Origin: Mobula hypostoma
Lineage: Eukaryota
DNA length: 64,000 bases
Assembly: GCF_963921235.1 (NCBI RefSeq)
Contig: NC_086119.1
Location: 48,422,001 to 48,486,000 of the forward strand
Direction of reading: 5' to 3'
The translations under genes and the position numbers were made by a program. This document shows positions 10,450 to 22,959 of this stretch, in pieces (the stretch's first letter is position 1; the number at the start of each line of letters is the position of its first letter). A model generated the notes under the pieces. The model did not search any database, was not told the origin of the DNA, and worked only from the letters and a program-made list of their open reading frames with translations.

Positions 10450-13400
10450 TGTCCACAGGCACTGATTCTGGCTCAGCTGCTTAATGCTAATGAGAAGGTG
10501 CTTTGGGAAGGGGATTGGTAAACTCAAAGGCATGAAAAACAGAATTGAATTGAATGAAACAGTAACACCGAGATTCCATAAAGTGCATCCAGTGCGTTAT
10601 GCATTATGTCCTAAAGTGGATCTGAACTGCAGAGCTTGGAGTTATCTGGAATTCTCTCTAAGGTTGACTGGAGCAATTGGGCCATGCCCATAGTCCCAAG
10701 TGATCAAGAAAGGGAAGGGCAAAGCCATTCGCATATGTGTGGCTTTTTTAGGAGAGCGTCAGCCCGGGGCTATGTACTGTGCAGTATCCCTTGCCACAAA
10801 TAGCAGATATTTTTGCATCAAGCTTTTCAAAGATTGACTTGTCACAAGCCTAGCTGCAAATGGAGATTGAGGAGTTAAGCAGGAAGTTCCTCTCAGTCAA
10901 CACTCATGAAGGATTGTTCCAGAATGATCGTCTCGTCTTTACCGTCGCATCAGCTCCAGCAATTTGACAAAGAGCAATGGACTAAGTGCTCCAAGATATC
11001 CCAGGAACACAATGTTACCTTGATGACATCATCATGACTGGCAAAAATGATGAAGAGCGCCTCCAGAACCTTGGTAAAGTGCTGACCAGGCTGAGTGAGT
11101 ATGGTTTGTGCACAGAGAGAGAAATGTGAGTTTTTCAAGAACAATATCTCATATTCTGGACATGTCATTGTCAAACATGGCTTACATAAATCACAAGAGA
11201 AGATTGAAGCAGTACTACAGGCACCCAAGCCAGAAAGTATGTCGCAACTCAGGTCATAATTGGGCCTTGTAAACTACTACTACTGGTTTCTCCCAAACAT
11301 TGCTGCAGTGCTGCATCCATTGAACACACTGTTACAGACAGGAGCACAGTGGGAATGGTCAAAAAGATGCAAAAAACAATTCATAGAAACAAAGAGACTA
11401 ATAACATCCAATGAACTGCTCACCCATTATGACACATCTCTGCCTGTTAGACTGGAGCGTGATGCGTCTCCTTATGGTATTGGAGCCATTTTGTCACACA
11501 CTATGAAAGATGGATCTGAATCTTTGACTGCCTTTGCTTCAAGATCACAGACAAGCACAGAATGCAGCTACACTCAGATCGACCGAGAGGCCTTATTCTA
11601 GTATTGGGAATAAAGAAGTTCTGCCTCTATCTTTATGGAGAAAAGTTTACGCTAGTGACAGATCACCAGCCTTTGTGTCCATTTTCAATCCCAGGAAGAG
11701 AATTCTAGTGATGATTGGTACCTGGTTACAATGTTGGGCACTTTTCCTAGGAGCCCACACTTATGACATAGAGTTCAAGGATACCAAACAACACAGCAAC
11801 ACTGATGGCTTGTCACATCTTCCACTGTTAGCAAATGAAGAAAAGTCTTCATACTGCGATCCAGCAGAAGTGTTCCATACTGCATCGTTGGACCAGTTGG
11901 CAGCAACAAATTCTGAAATCAAAGGGAAATAAGGAATGATCTGACATTGTCAGAAATCTATGACATCACCGTGCAAGGATGGCCAGCTCATGGTAACCCT
12001 GTGTTTCCAGATCTCTCTGCGCAACTAGACCAACTGTCGATATGTCTAAGAACGCTGAGGATCTTGTGATGTGTTTCCCTCTGAATTACTCAACAGTGTT
12101 AGAAAATTGGCATGAAGGACTTGGGTACAGTCAAGATGAAGAAACTAGCCCAGAGCTACGTGTGGTGGCCAGGAATAGATAAACAGATTAAAAACTTGGC
12201 TGAAAGCTGTTGGGGATGCCATAAAGTTCAAAATGCACCCCCATAGGCACCATTACACCCGTGGGAGTGGCCATCATCACCATGGCAAAGAGTACATATT
12301 GACTTTGCTGGGCCATTCATGGACTCCATGTTTCTGATTGCGGTGGATGCTCATCTGAAGTGGTTGGAGGCTGTACCAATGAAGCCAACCATGTCAGCAA
12401 AGACTATTCCCGCTCTGAGGACTACCTTTACCAGATATGGCTTACCAGAACAAATTGTGAGTGACAACGGACCCCAATACCCATCAGAAGATTTCAGACT
12501 GTTCATGAAGGAAAATGGCATCAGACATTTCAAGTCAGTTCCTCAGCAGCAATGAATGCGTCAGCTGAAAGGTTTATCCAAACCTTCAAGAAGTCCGTTA
12601 AAGTCATGGACAAGGAGGACATTTCTTTACAGCTCAATGTGGGCAACCTCCTTTTTATGTATCTGAACTTCGTTCGTGCAACAACAAATCAAACACCTGC
12701 AATGCTGCTCATGAGCAGGAATCTGAGATTTTGCATAGACCTCTTGAAACCAGATCTACGAAAGGAAGTACAGAATAAACAGTTCATCCAGTTGGCAAGT
12801 GAAGCAGCAAGGAGCTTCAAGATTGGACAGAAAGTCCTAGCACATGATTAATGAGAAGACAAGTGGACACCTGGTAGGATGGCTACAAGAACTGGACCAC
12901 TGATGTACATAGTGGATGTTGGAGATCAGGCATGGAGACATCATGTGGACCAGGTACTGGATGCTCAATTGAAAAACGCACCTGAGTCGACTGCGTCCAA
13001 CCAGTTGGACACATTACAAAATCCGGACGTACCTCGCAGTGATGATGTCACTGACAGCAACATGACACCAGAATCTGAAAACATTGTCTTAGGCAAGACA
13101 CCTACCAAATCTGACGACATTCTACAGGTCCAGAGGCATGATGAGAACGTTATCATTGACAAGACACCTGCCAAACCTGATGCCACCCCATAGATCCAGA
13201 GGCACTGTTGTGAAAGAATCAGAACACCACTCAAAAGACTTAGTCTTTAGAACAGTGAACTGTCATTGTGAAAGCATGTTTATTTGGAATATGAGATTAT
13301 GAAAGGGAAATTGAATGTTTTGTGCATATACAATTTTTGTTGCATTAATCTAAAGGGGGAGGAAGTGTAATGTATGGATCTATTTCTTTTAGAGCATGTC

Positions 13401-13556
13401 CACCCCCCTTAGCACTATGTATTGATCTGTTGTCTCAGATGCACATTGTTCTCTCTCTCTCTCTCTCTCTCGCTGCAATGAGAATACACCAGTTAAAGCC
13501 ATCTCTCACGTGAGTACTTTTATTCAATCAATATGTAGTTGTGTACAGACACAACA
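10450..13556 (+). mobile_element. Decayed Gypsy/Ty3 LTR retrotransposon (pol plus 3' LTR; gag and 5' LTR missing)
   Basis: RT YLDDII near 11014, RNase H DASPYGIGAILSH, integrase WQRVHIDFAGPF and IVSDNGPQY in RT-RH-IN order with many stops and frameshifts; PPT AAAGGGGGAGGAAG then TG...CA LTR at 13366-13556. Confidence 0.92.
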
Positions 13557-14259
13557 GGATGTACGAATGAAAGATTTCCTGCTAATTACTTAAGTGTCTA
13601 GCAGGAACATCTCTTGACTTCCTGAGCAGTGGCATATTGCTTCGGTTTCCAGTAAGATAGCGGCAATCTTGGTCGCAGCAGCCTCTCCAGGTCCAAAAAT
13701 AAATTCAAGTGTTTGTCTTAAACATTTTTCTTGTGATTACAAACCTTGTTATACATTGGCAGCACAAAATACTGCAAGTCCAGTTCATGGGTTCATTGGT
13801 GAGATGAATGTGAGGGAGCTGCATGGTCACAGTTGTAGCACGGGCCGGACCTCATGCCTTGGCATTGCTTGTTACAGCCACCCGGGAAGGAGGCACCGGA
13901 GGCAGTGTGGGACAGAGCAGAGGCACAGTGCGCATGCTAGAATCCATGTTGGTTTGGGGGCTGCCCCTGCAGGCTGGCTCTCCCATCAGTGCTGTTCTCA
14001 GTGTTCGCTCCCTTGGTTATTTGCAGTGGACCCAGCGGGAGATGAGGAACTGCTGCGTGCGTGTTCTTGCATAAACATGGCTCCAGGACAACATCCACAT
14101 ATCCTCAATCTTCAGGCCATGCCTCTTATTTTGTGACTTTATGTGCTATTGTAACTAAACGTTCTGTGTTCTGAGTCTGTTTTTTACCTTGGCCCTGGAG
14201 GAACAACGTTTAGCTGTATATATGAGTATGGTTGGATGACAATAAACTTGAACTTGAAT

Positions 14260-14849
14260 TCAAAGAATTCAGACTTTTGCATCAATACATTCAAAGTGAG
14301 AATCATTCTGTCGGTGTAACTAATGGTGTTCAGGTCACTCTCGCAGACCGGAAATCTCATTGTGGATAGCTCCATGCTTCAAGAAGATTGGCATTCCTTG
14401 CGGAGACTACTACAAGCATCTCTTTTCATGTTCATCAGATCTCTTGTACCCCTGGCAAGCAGGTCCCCTCTCCTGGCATCTATATTATGGACTAGGAACT
14501 GCATGTCCCTTTGAATGAATAAAGCTATTTCCCTCTTCTCCATGTCGACCATAACTTGTGTTTTGCTGTGAGGTTGTCGCAGTGAGTATGCCTTTTGGGT
14601 TAGGTTGGAGGGAAATACTTTTATCTCTGCTTCCCGGATGAATGAGAGATTGTTTGGACGTCTATTTTTTGTGATTTGTGTTGTGACAGGAGTAGTCATA
14701 AATCCACTGATGTCAAAAGAGTTGACAGAGGTTGCATTAAGTATTGAAGAACATTTCATATCTTTTCCTGGATAGAAGGAGGACATACAGTCTATTGAGG
14801 TTGTCAGAACAATTCCATCAGCTCTATTCTCCCACTGCTTTCTGGTAGC
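14260..14849 (-). pseudogene. Orphan coding-like relic of unknown origin (possible endogenous viral element)
   Basis: About 156 open codons (14849-14382), one TGA, then the same frame continues (ORF 14184-14375); no transposon motif recognised. Confidence 0.35.
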
Positions 14850-14869
14850 CTATTCTTTTTATGTGCTAA

Positions 14870-15095
14870 TTAATTCCTGCCACTTGAATCTCCTGCCAAC
14901 TTGCAACACTCTGGGCTATTTACAATAGCCAATTAACCTACGAACTATCAGGTCTTTTGGGATGTGGCAGGAAAGTGGAGTACCTGGGGGAAATTCAGAA
15001 AGCCACATGAAGAATGTGCAAACTCATTGCAGGTAGCAATGGAGATTACGGTCAAACCTGGGTCAGTGGAGCTGAGAGGCAGCAGCTCAGGCATA
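14870..15095 (-). mobile_element. HE1/V-SINE-like relic
   Basis: GGATGTGGCAGGAAAGTGGAGTACCTGGGGGAAA...AGAATGTGCAAACTC...GGAGCTGAGAGGCAGC, antisense V-SINE head/core pattern from recall. Confidence 0.6.
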
Positions 15096-15529
15096 GTATT
15101 CTTCCCATCTTTATTTCCTCGCTCCATGTAATTGTTCTGACCTAAAAACTGGCTCATGTATTGCAAGCCCAAGGGCAAATAGAACTGAAAAGCAGAGGAA
15201 AATATTCTTGCACTCTTTCATTATCTCTGTATCAAATCCCTGGATGAACTCCTTAACACGGGGTCATTTCACCATCTAAACCACTGCAGTTCAGGACTAT
15301 TAAGGATGGCATTTACATGCCAGTCATGTAGATGCCCTGAGACAAATGAAACACTGATTCAATTACTTCCTCCGTGAGATCCCCCCGCCCCTTTACTTAC
15401 ATTTTAAAAGAAGGATAGGTAGCAAAGAGGGATGTCAGGGAGGTAGAGTATACCACCGGAAGACTGTTTGTCAAGTAAACTTATGTCAAGTAACCCCAAT
15501 TTTTAGTTGAATGTACACTGATGTTCCAC

Positions 15530-16290
15530 CTGAATCAGAATCAGATTTCTTGTCACTGACGTAAGTCATGCAATTTGATGTTTTGTGGCAGCTGTACAAT
15601 GTAAGACATTAAATTTACTAGGAATTACATTAAAATAAATAAATATATAGTGCAAAAGAAAAATATCAAGGTAGAGTTCATGAGTTCGTGGACTGCTCAG
15701 AAATCTGATGGTGGAAAGGAAGAAGCTGTCCCTAAATCACTGAGTGTGGATCTTCAGGGTATTGAACATCTTCCCTGGCGATGGTAATGAGAAGGCATGT
15801 CCCAGATGTTGAGGGTCCTTTATGATGGATGCCACTTTACAGTTCGTATCCACTTTTGCAGACCTCCTTGATGCTAGGGAGTTGGTGCCTGTGATGAAGC
15901 TGGCTGAGCCTACAAACCTCTGAAGCTTCTCACCATTCTCTGCTTTGGTGCACCTGTATCAGACAGCGATGCCACCAGTCAGAACATGCTTCCACGGTAC
16001 ATCTGTAGAAATTTTCTACAGTCTTTGATGTCATACCAAATCTCTTCAAACGCCTTGTGAAGTATAGCCATTGGTGTGCCTTTGATCATTGCATTATATA
16101 TCTCTGGCCCAGGATAGATCATCTGAAATGTTGATAGCCAGGAATTTGAAACTGCTCACACTTTCTACCACTGACTCCTCAATGAATACTGGTGTGTGTT
16201 CTCATGATATCTCCTTCCTGAAGTCCACATTCAATTCCTTGAGCTTGCGTTCAGCCAGATCAAGGTTGATCCTTCATCCAGTGTCACTGA
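15530..16290 (-). mobile_element. Degenerate Rex1/Babar-like LINE 3' fragment
   Basis: (GAATCA)n tail and similarity to the 9580-10035 and 26400-27260 copies. Confidence 0.7.
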
Positions 16291-16578
16291 CATTATATCT
16301 TTTTGCTCTTTTAATATTAAAAATACTTCAGTCTTTGTCATGATTATCCTTGGCAATCGAGTCTCCACAGCCTTCTGGTAGAGAATTCCACAGATTTGCC
16401 TAATCTCCAGAGGAAGAAATGTCTTCTCATCTCTGTCCTGAATATCTAATACCTTATTTTGAGACTGAACTTTGGTGCTAGACAACTTAGCGGTTAAAAA
16501 TATCATCCTTGGCAAGCCTCATATAATTTCTTTCAATGAGATCTCCTCTCATTCTACTAACCATTGTAGTGTGTAGCT

Positions 16579-17591
16579 CAAACACAAGGAAATCTGCAGA
16601 TGCTGGAAATTCAAGCAACACACATAAAAATTGCTGGTGAACGCAGCAGGCCAGGCAGCATCTCTAGGAAGAGGTACAGTTGACATTTCGGGCCAAGACC
16701 CTTCGTCAGGACTAACTGAAAGAAGATCTAATAAGAGATTTGCAAGTTGGGGGGGAGGGGAGATCCAAAATGATAGGAGAAGACAGGAGGGGGAGGGATG
16801 GAGCCAAGAGCTGGACAGTTGATTGGCAAAAGGGATATGAGAGGATCATGAGACAGGAGGCCTAGGGAGAAAGAAAAGGGGGAGGGGGGAAACCCAGAGG
16901 ATGGGGAAGGGGTATAGTGAGAGGGACAGAGGGAGAAAAAGGAGAGAGAGAAAAAGAATGTGTGTATATAAATAAATAACGGCTGAGGTACAAGGGGGAG
17001 GTGGGGCATTAGCGGAAGTTTGAGAAGTCAATGTTAACCATTCCCATTCCCATTCCCATTCTGATATGTCTATCCACGGCCTCCTCTACTGTAAAGATGA
17101 AGCTACACTCAGGTTGGAGGAACAACACCTTATATTCTGTCTGGGTAGCCTCCAACCTGATGGCATGAACATTAACTTCTCAAACTTCCGCTAATGTCCC
17201 ACCTCCCCCTCGTACCCCATCCATTAATTATTTATATACACAAATTCTTTCTCTCTCTTTCCTTTTTCTCTCTCTGTCCCTCTCACCATACCCCTTGCTC
17301 ATCCTCTGGGTTACCCCTCCCCCCCTTTTCTTTCTCTCTGGGCCTCCTGTCCCATGATCCTCTCATATCCCCTTTTGCCAATCACCTGTCCAGCTCTTGG
17401 CTCCATCCCTCCCCCTCCTGTCTTCTCCTATCATTTTGGATCTCCCCCTCCCCCTCCAACTTTCAAATCCCTTACTCACTCTTCCTTCAGTTAGTCCTGA
17501 CGAAGGGTCTCGGCCTGAAACGTCGACTGCACCTCTTCCTACAGATGCTGCTTGGCCTGCTGCGTTCACCAGCAACTTTGATGTGTGTTGC
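16579..17591. mobile_element. Penelope-like insertion made of two inverted 3' segments (16579-~17035 minus, ~17036-17591 plus)
   Basis: Both arms match the 134-1440 element; flanked by a 14-bp TSD with 2 mismatches (TGTAGTGTGTAGCT 16565-16578, TGTAGTGTACAGCT 17592-17605). Confidence 0.9.
17492..17529 (+). ncRNA. Minimal type I hammerhead ribozyme motif, intact core
   Basis: AGUC-CUGACGA-AGG(GUCUCGG)CCU-GAAAC-GUC^GACU: stem I AGUC/GACU, palindromic ACGU stem III, predicted cleavage after C17524. Confidence 0.8.
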
Positions 17592-19261
17592 TGTAGTGTA
17601 CAGCTTTCTGGATATTCATTTTCCATGGCTAGTGGGGCTTATTGCCAACCTCATCTTTCTATTACAGCAGTATGACCTTTATCTGTGACAAAATTAAACT
17701 TCAAGTCAATATTCCTTGCTCAGCTTCTTGTTGCAAATAAGCTAACATAGCATATCAAACATGGTCAAAGATCTAGTTATTCAATCAATAGTAGGGGTAT
17801 TTATGTACTCAGAGAATCAGATGTCACAGCATTAACTTTGGTTGCCTGGAATCTCTGTTCCCTGAAACTTTTTGAATTACCATCTTTGTGAATTATTTTA
17901 TCCCAGTAAAGGTATCTGAAAAACATCCTGCTGCGTTCACCAGCAACCTTTATGTGTGTTACGTGCCGATGATGTCCACATTGGAGATTGCTGGGAATGG
18001 CAAGCAGAATGAAAGAAAAATGGGGTGACAGAGAGAAGAACTTGAATTCATTCCACATCTCTTTATTTCTGTGATAAACAACTTGTTTGTCTACTACTTG
18101 TTGGTACATTCTTTTAGTTTGTAAGAATTGTACCTGTGTTTGGAAATCCCTTGTAGCTTTCAAATCTGTAATTTAGAAATCTTTTATAAATCAGAACTCC
18201 TCTGTGAGTTTTAAATGTATGTCATGATCTACTTGTCTAAATGTAAATGTGTATCATTAAAAATAAAATAAAAAATAAACTCTGTTTAAACTATGTTGGT
18301 AGCTAGAACCATCTCCTCCTTTTGAGAGTGGGATCTACCAGTCAAATTATGGATATTGGCGGCTAGACCTCACCACAGAGACTAGACAGGGAAGTAATCT
18401 AGTCTTTGAAGAGTAGGTTGATACTGTATAACCTCCCTATAGTGAGAGTTTTCTTAGATACCTGTATCAAATAGGGCTTAAAATCCCCTTTTGAGATTAG
18501 GGCATTGCAGACAGGCAACCTAAAACCATCACAATAGGGTCACTCAGTTAAATTGCTTATATAGTGCAATGTATTTACAGGCTGAATGTTTACAGTTTGT
18601 GAAACAAAAATATACTTGCATGAGAATGTGAATTATTTTTCAGACATTATGCTACTATTTCTGGAGATATATATACATTTAAATTCGATAAGGAATATAT
18701 GAACAAATACATTAGCCAACAAACCTTACCTTAATTTACTCTTTTTTGACCAGTGGACTGTCCAAGCACACTATCTTCTTTAAGAGTTTCCAAAGTGCTG
18801 AAAAAATATAAGCATTACTTCTTTTAATTTCATATATTTCAAATGCTGGATCTTTTTAATTATAGGTGGGAAAAAAGTTATGCTAGGAGAAAATTGAATG
18901 ATTGGAGAATTAATCAAGACCCAGATCCACTACATGTGTCAAAAATTTATTTCTGTCACCTTTGGGGAGAAGATCTGTGTGTGTGATATTGTGTGTTACA
19001 GACAACTTCTCCAAAGGATTGAAAAAAACAACTATTATTATTTCTTTTTCCAGTTCATGCAAGCTAGTTACAGACTAATAACATGTCACAAACTACATGA
19101 ATATCCAATCAGGTGTGTATCTTAGGGGATGGTTTAGCCATCAGATAGCTGACATATCTAGGTTGTCCCATGATGACTCACTGCCGCCGAGAGAAAACAA
19201 AGCCCTGACTATTCAGTGGCCTTGTGGATCCAGCCATTATCAGTGTTGATAACCAGAGAGA

Positions 19262-20560
19262 CAGTGGGATTGAGTTTACGAGCAGAGAGGTAATGTTGCA
19301 GCTATATAGGACCCTGGTCAGACCCCACTTAGAGTACTGTGTCCAGATCTGGTCATCTCACTACAAGAAGGATATGGTAACCGTAGAAAGGGTGCAGAGG
19401 AGATTTAAAAGGATGTTGCCTGTGTACAGGGTCTTTCTTTTTTGTATGTTAAATTTAAAATGGCTTCTTTGTTATGTTATACTTGGGAATGCTTCTTTGT
19501 TATGTTAAACGGTGAGAAAGTCCTTCTCGCTAGCAGTTTGTTGAATCACGTTACTGATAAGAAGATGTTATGAACCAATTGGGATAGTTGTTATGGTTTT
19601 GGTGTATTTGAAGATACTGTATATGCGGGGTTTTGGGGCAGTAGGCGGGAGAGAGAGACAGAGAATGGACCAGGTGCTGTGATGTCCACTAACGGGGTCG
19701 GACCCCGAGGAGGGCGTTCGGCGAGGAGACGGAGACAGACTCATGTGGAGCATCTGGTTGACCACCCTTGTTGGTCCCAGGCGGCCGGTCGAGGTGGTCC
19801 GAAGGGTCGCAGGGTGAAGAAGAAGGTCCTCGAGCTCCAACAGTTTTGTGAACGAAGAGATTGAACTTTGATAAGTGTGGCGCCTTTTATTTTCCTTTTA
19901 TATTTTATTCTCCATTGATTATATAGTTCCAGTAATATCTATAAACTGTAAATCATTTAATCATATCTGGTGTATTGTCTGTTATTTGGGTGGGTTGGGA
20001 TACATCACACAGCATCCACACAAACTAATTACCCAGTTTGGCGGGGCCGAGGCTGTTTCCCTAGACGACAGCGAGCCGAGCGACCCTGAGGGTGGCCAGG
20101 GGGGCTACACCTGGATTGGAGAGCATGCCTTATGAGAAAAGGTTGAGTGAATTTGGCCTTTTCTCTTTGGAGAGACGGAGGATGAGAGGTGACCTGATAG
20201 AGGTGTATAAGATGATGAGAGGCATTGATCATGTGGATAGTCAGAGGCTTTTTCCCAGGGCTGAAATGGCTAGCACGAGAGGGCACAGTTTTAAGGTGCT
20301 TGGAAGTAGGTACAGAGGAGATGTCAGGGGTAAGTTTTTTTACACAGAGTGATGAGTGTGTGGAATGGGCTGTCAGCAATGGTGGTGGAGGCGGATATGA
20401 TAGGGTCTTTTAAGAGACTCTTAGATATGTACATGGAGCTTAGAAAAACAGAGGGCTATGGGTAACCCTAGTAATTTCTAAGGTAGGGACATGTTCGGCA
20501 CAGCTTTGTGGGCCGAAGGGCCTGCATTGTGCTGTAGGTTTTCTATGTTTCTATGTTTCC
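19262..20560 (+). mobile_element. CR1 LINE 3' fragment split by a solo LTR
   Basis: [22 protein letters not shown]...RMLP|GLESMPYEKRLSEFGLFSLERRRMRGDLIEVYK; TTCTATGT tail. Confidence 0.92.
19423..20109 (+). mobile_element. Solo LTR
   Basis: TGTA...TACA termini; 4-bp TSD CCTG at 19419-19422 and 20110-20113; precisely interrupts the CR1 reading frame. Confidence 0.88.
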
Positions 20561-22959
20561 GTCTAAGAGACCACAGAAGTGGAAAATGGTCATATCCCAA
20601 AATACCTAGTTAGTTCTCTATGTTGTAGTATGGCATGTCACTGTTTTCTAGTTGTAATAGATCTAATTGTGCTCTTCTTCATGTCTATTTTTTGATGCTG
20701 TTTCACCCTGGCCACTTCTAACATGTTGAACATAATCAACAAGTTAATGGCATCTCTGAGGAGAAACAGTTTTAAGCTTTCTGCTTGATGATGTCCTTAT
20801 AAAAGGTTCTCAATGTGAGATGTTATTCAATGCTCCAGAACTGCTGAGGATTTACAGCAGTTTCTTCCTCTATTACATGCATTTTTCTGAACTTATTAGA
20901 GTAACATAATTGACAGGTAGGAGGGGTTAGAACCAAACACTCAGACCGACAAAAGTTCAATCAACTAAAAGCAAATAGCTTAACTGTAATTGGTTTATTA
21001 TTGTCAGATGTACTGAGATACAGTGAAAAAGCATGCCTTGCAAACAGATCATTGTTGACAAAAATAGATGGAGGCAGTACAAAATGAAAAGCAAAGCCAG
21101 AAAGTGGAATATATTATTGCACTTACAGAGAAAATGCAGTGTATGTAGACAAATAAAGTGCAAGTGCTTTAACGAGAGATCAAGAATTCACCTTTTTCAG
21201 ATAAGAGGTCCATTCAACTGTCTTATAACAGTGGGATAGGAGCTGTCCTTGAGCCTGGTGGTATGTGTTTTCAGGCTTTTGTATCATCAGCCCGAAGGAA
21301 CTGGAAGAAGAGAGAATATCTGGGAAGGGATGGTAACTGCTGAACAGTAGAAAGCTTCTTTCAGGCTGTCTTTCCTTCCATCATGTCAGAAATGGGGAAG
21401 TTTTCTAACAATTGTACAATATTTAAATCCATTTGTAACTTCTCAGAAAATAAACTAGTCCAGTTCAATGAGATCCAGATACATTTCTGGCACAGTTCAA
21501 TATGTGTCAAGAAAAATTCATGCCAGAAAATTTCCAGGCAATTTCGATCAGCTACGGAGAACCTAACCACCTCCCCTGCTATTCAAATACCTTTGCCAAG
21601 TTCCACCATCAACATCCTTGGAGGGTATCTTTAGCCCGGAATTCAGCTGAACTAACTACATAAATACAGGGAATACAAGACCAGGTCTGAGGCTAGGAAT
21701 TCCTTAGGCAGTAAGTCCCCTCCTGAGAGTCCAAACCCTTTCCACCATCTACAAGGCACAGACCGGGATAAGCATATCTCAAAAAGAGTTCAAAAGTTTC
21801 AACACCAACCAAGACAAGACAGCTCACTTAATTGGCACCCAATTCACCAACCTTACCAATCATTTTCCCACACACTCATGTACAGTGGCTGCAATGTGTA
21901 CCATCTGCAAAATGCACTGTCGTTACTTGGTTAGCACACTCTGACAGCATTTGCCAAGCTGATGACTTCTTCTGCTAATGGCAAGGATATCAGGTGCATG
22001 GAGGCATCTGCAGGTGTGCCTCCTCGCCCCACAACATCTGGACTTGACAATATACACCTGGATCTACAACCTGGAACTTCCTGAACGATTGCTACCGACT
22101 TTGCCACCAGTATATCAAGCTAGGCAATAGATGCTGATCTTGTCAATGGTGCCAACATTCTGAAATGTAAACAATGAAGAAAACTGACTAATCCCCATGT
22201 GCAACTCCATCAAAGAAATTTATTGCACAAAAGGGGGCCACTTGGCTCATGGTGCCCAAGTTACCTAAAAACCGACTTTCTGTTAATTTCACTTCCCAGC
22301 TCTGATCCACAGCGTTTCAGTCAGAATAAACCCAATCTATCTAATCTCTCCTTAAAAGGTAAATTCTCCATTACAGGCAACATCCTGGTGAATCTCTTCT
22401 GCATGCATTGTCATGCTACCAAAATGCAGCCTCACCAATGTTTTCTACAACTCTTATGTCCCACTCTTCTACTCCTTGCCTTGGCTTATGAAGGACAGCA
22501 TATCAGCAAATTCCAGCTAATTACTGTTTCATCATTGTGGTATTAAACTCTGTTTTCATTCTAGTCTTGTCGAGACTTGACCAAAAGCACAGCAACGTTT
22601 AAGCTCCTTGCTTACCCTTGTCCTTGTGTGGGAAAGAGGACTACCGTTTTGACAGACGCTGTAAAAGAGCGGTATTCGTTTAGTATTTAGTTCCTTCCTC
22701 CAGGCACAGTGTAGGCATTTAGCTTTCAGTTTGAGAGTTTAGTTAATGACTCTATTCCCTAGTGTTTATTGTTTTTCCTTTTCTTTTAAATTCCACAAAA
22801 GTTTTCATGGAAGTCAGTAAGCTATCAACATACTTCAGAGTCTCTCTCTCCCTTCCTCCCTTCCTGTCTCTCCCTCTCCCTCTTTCCCCCCTTCTCTCTC
22901 TCTCTCTTTCCCCTCCCCCTCCTCATCTCTCTCTCTCTCTCTCCTTACACAGACCATGT

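Noticed and set aside
13669-14136. 155-aa plus-strand ORF
   Set aside because: No recognisable domain; a GC-richer stretch running into a LINE-type tail at ~14260, most likely part of an unclassified repeat.
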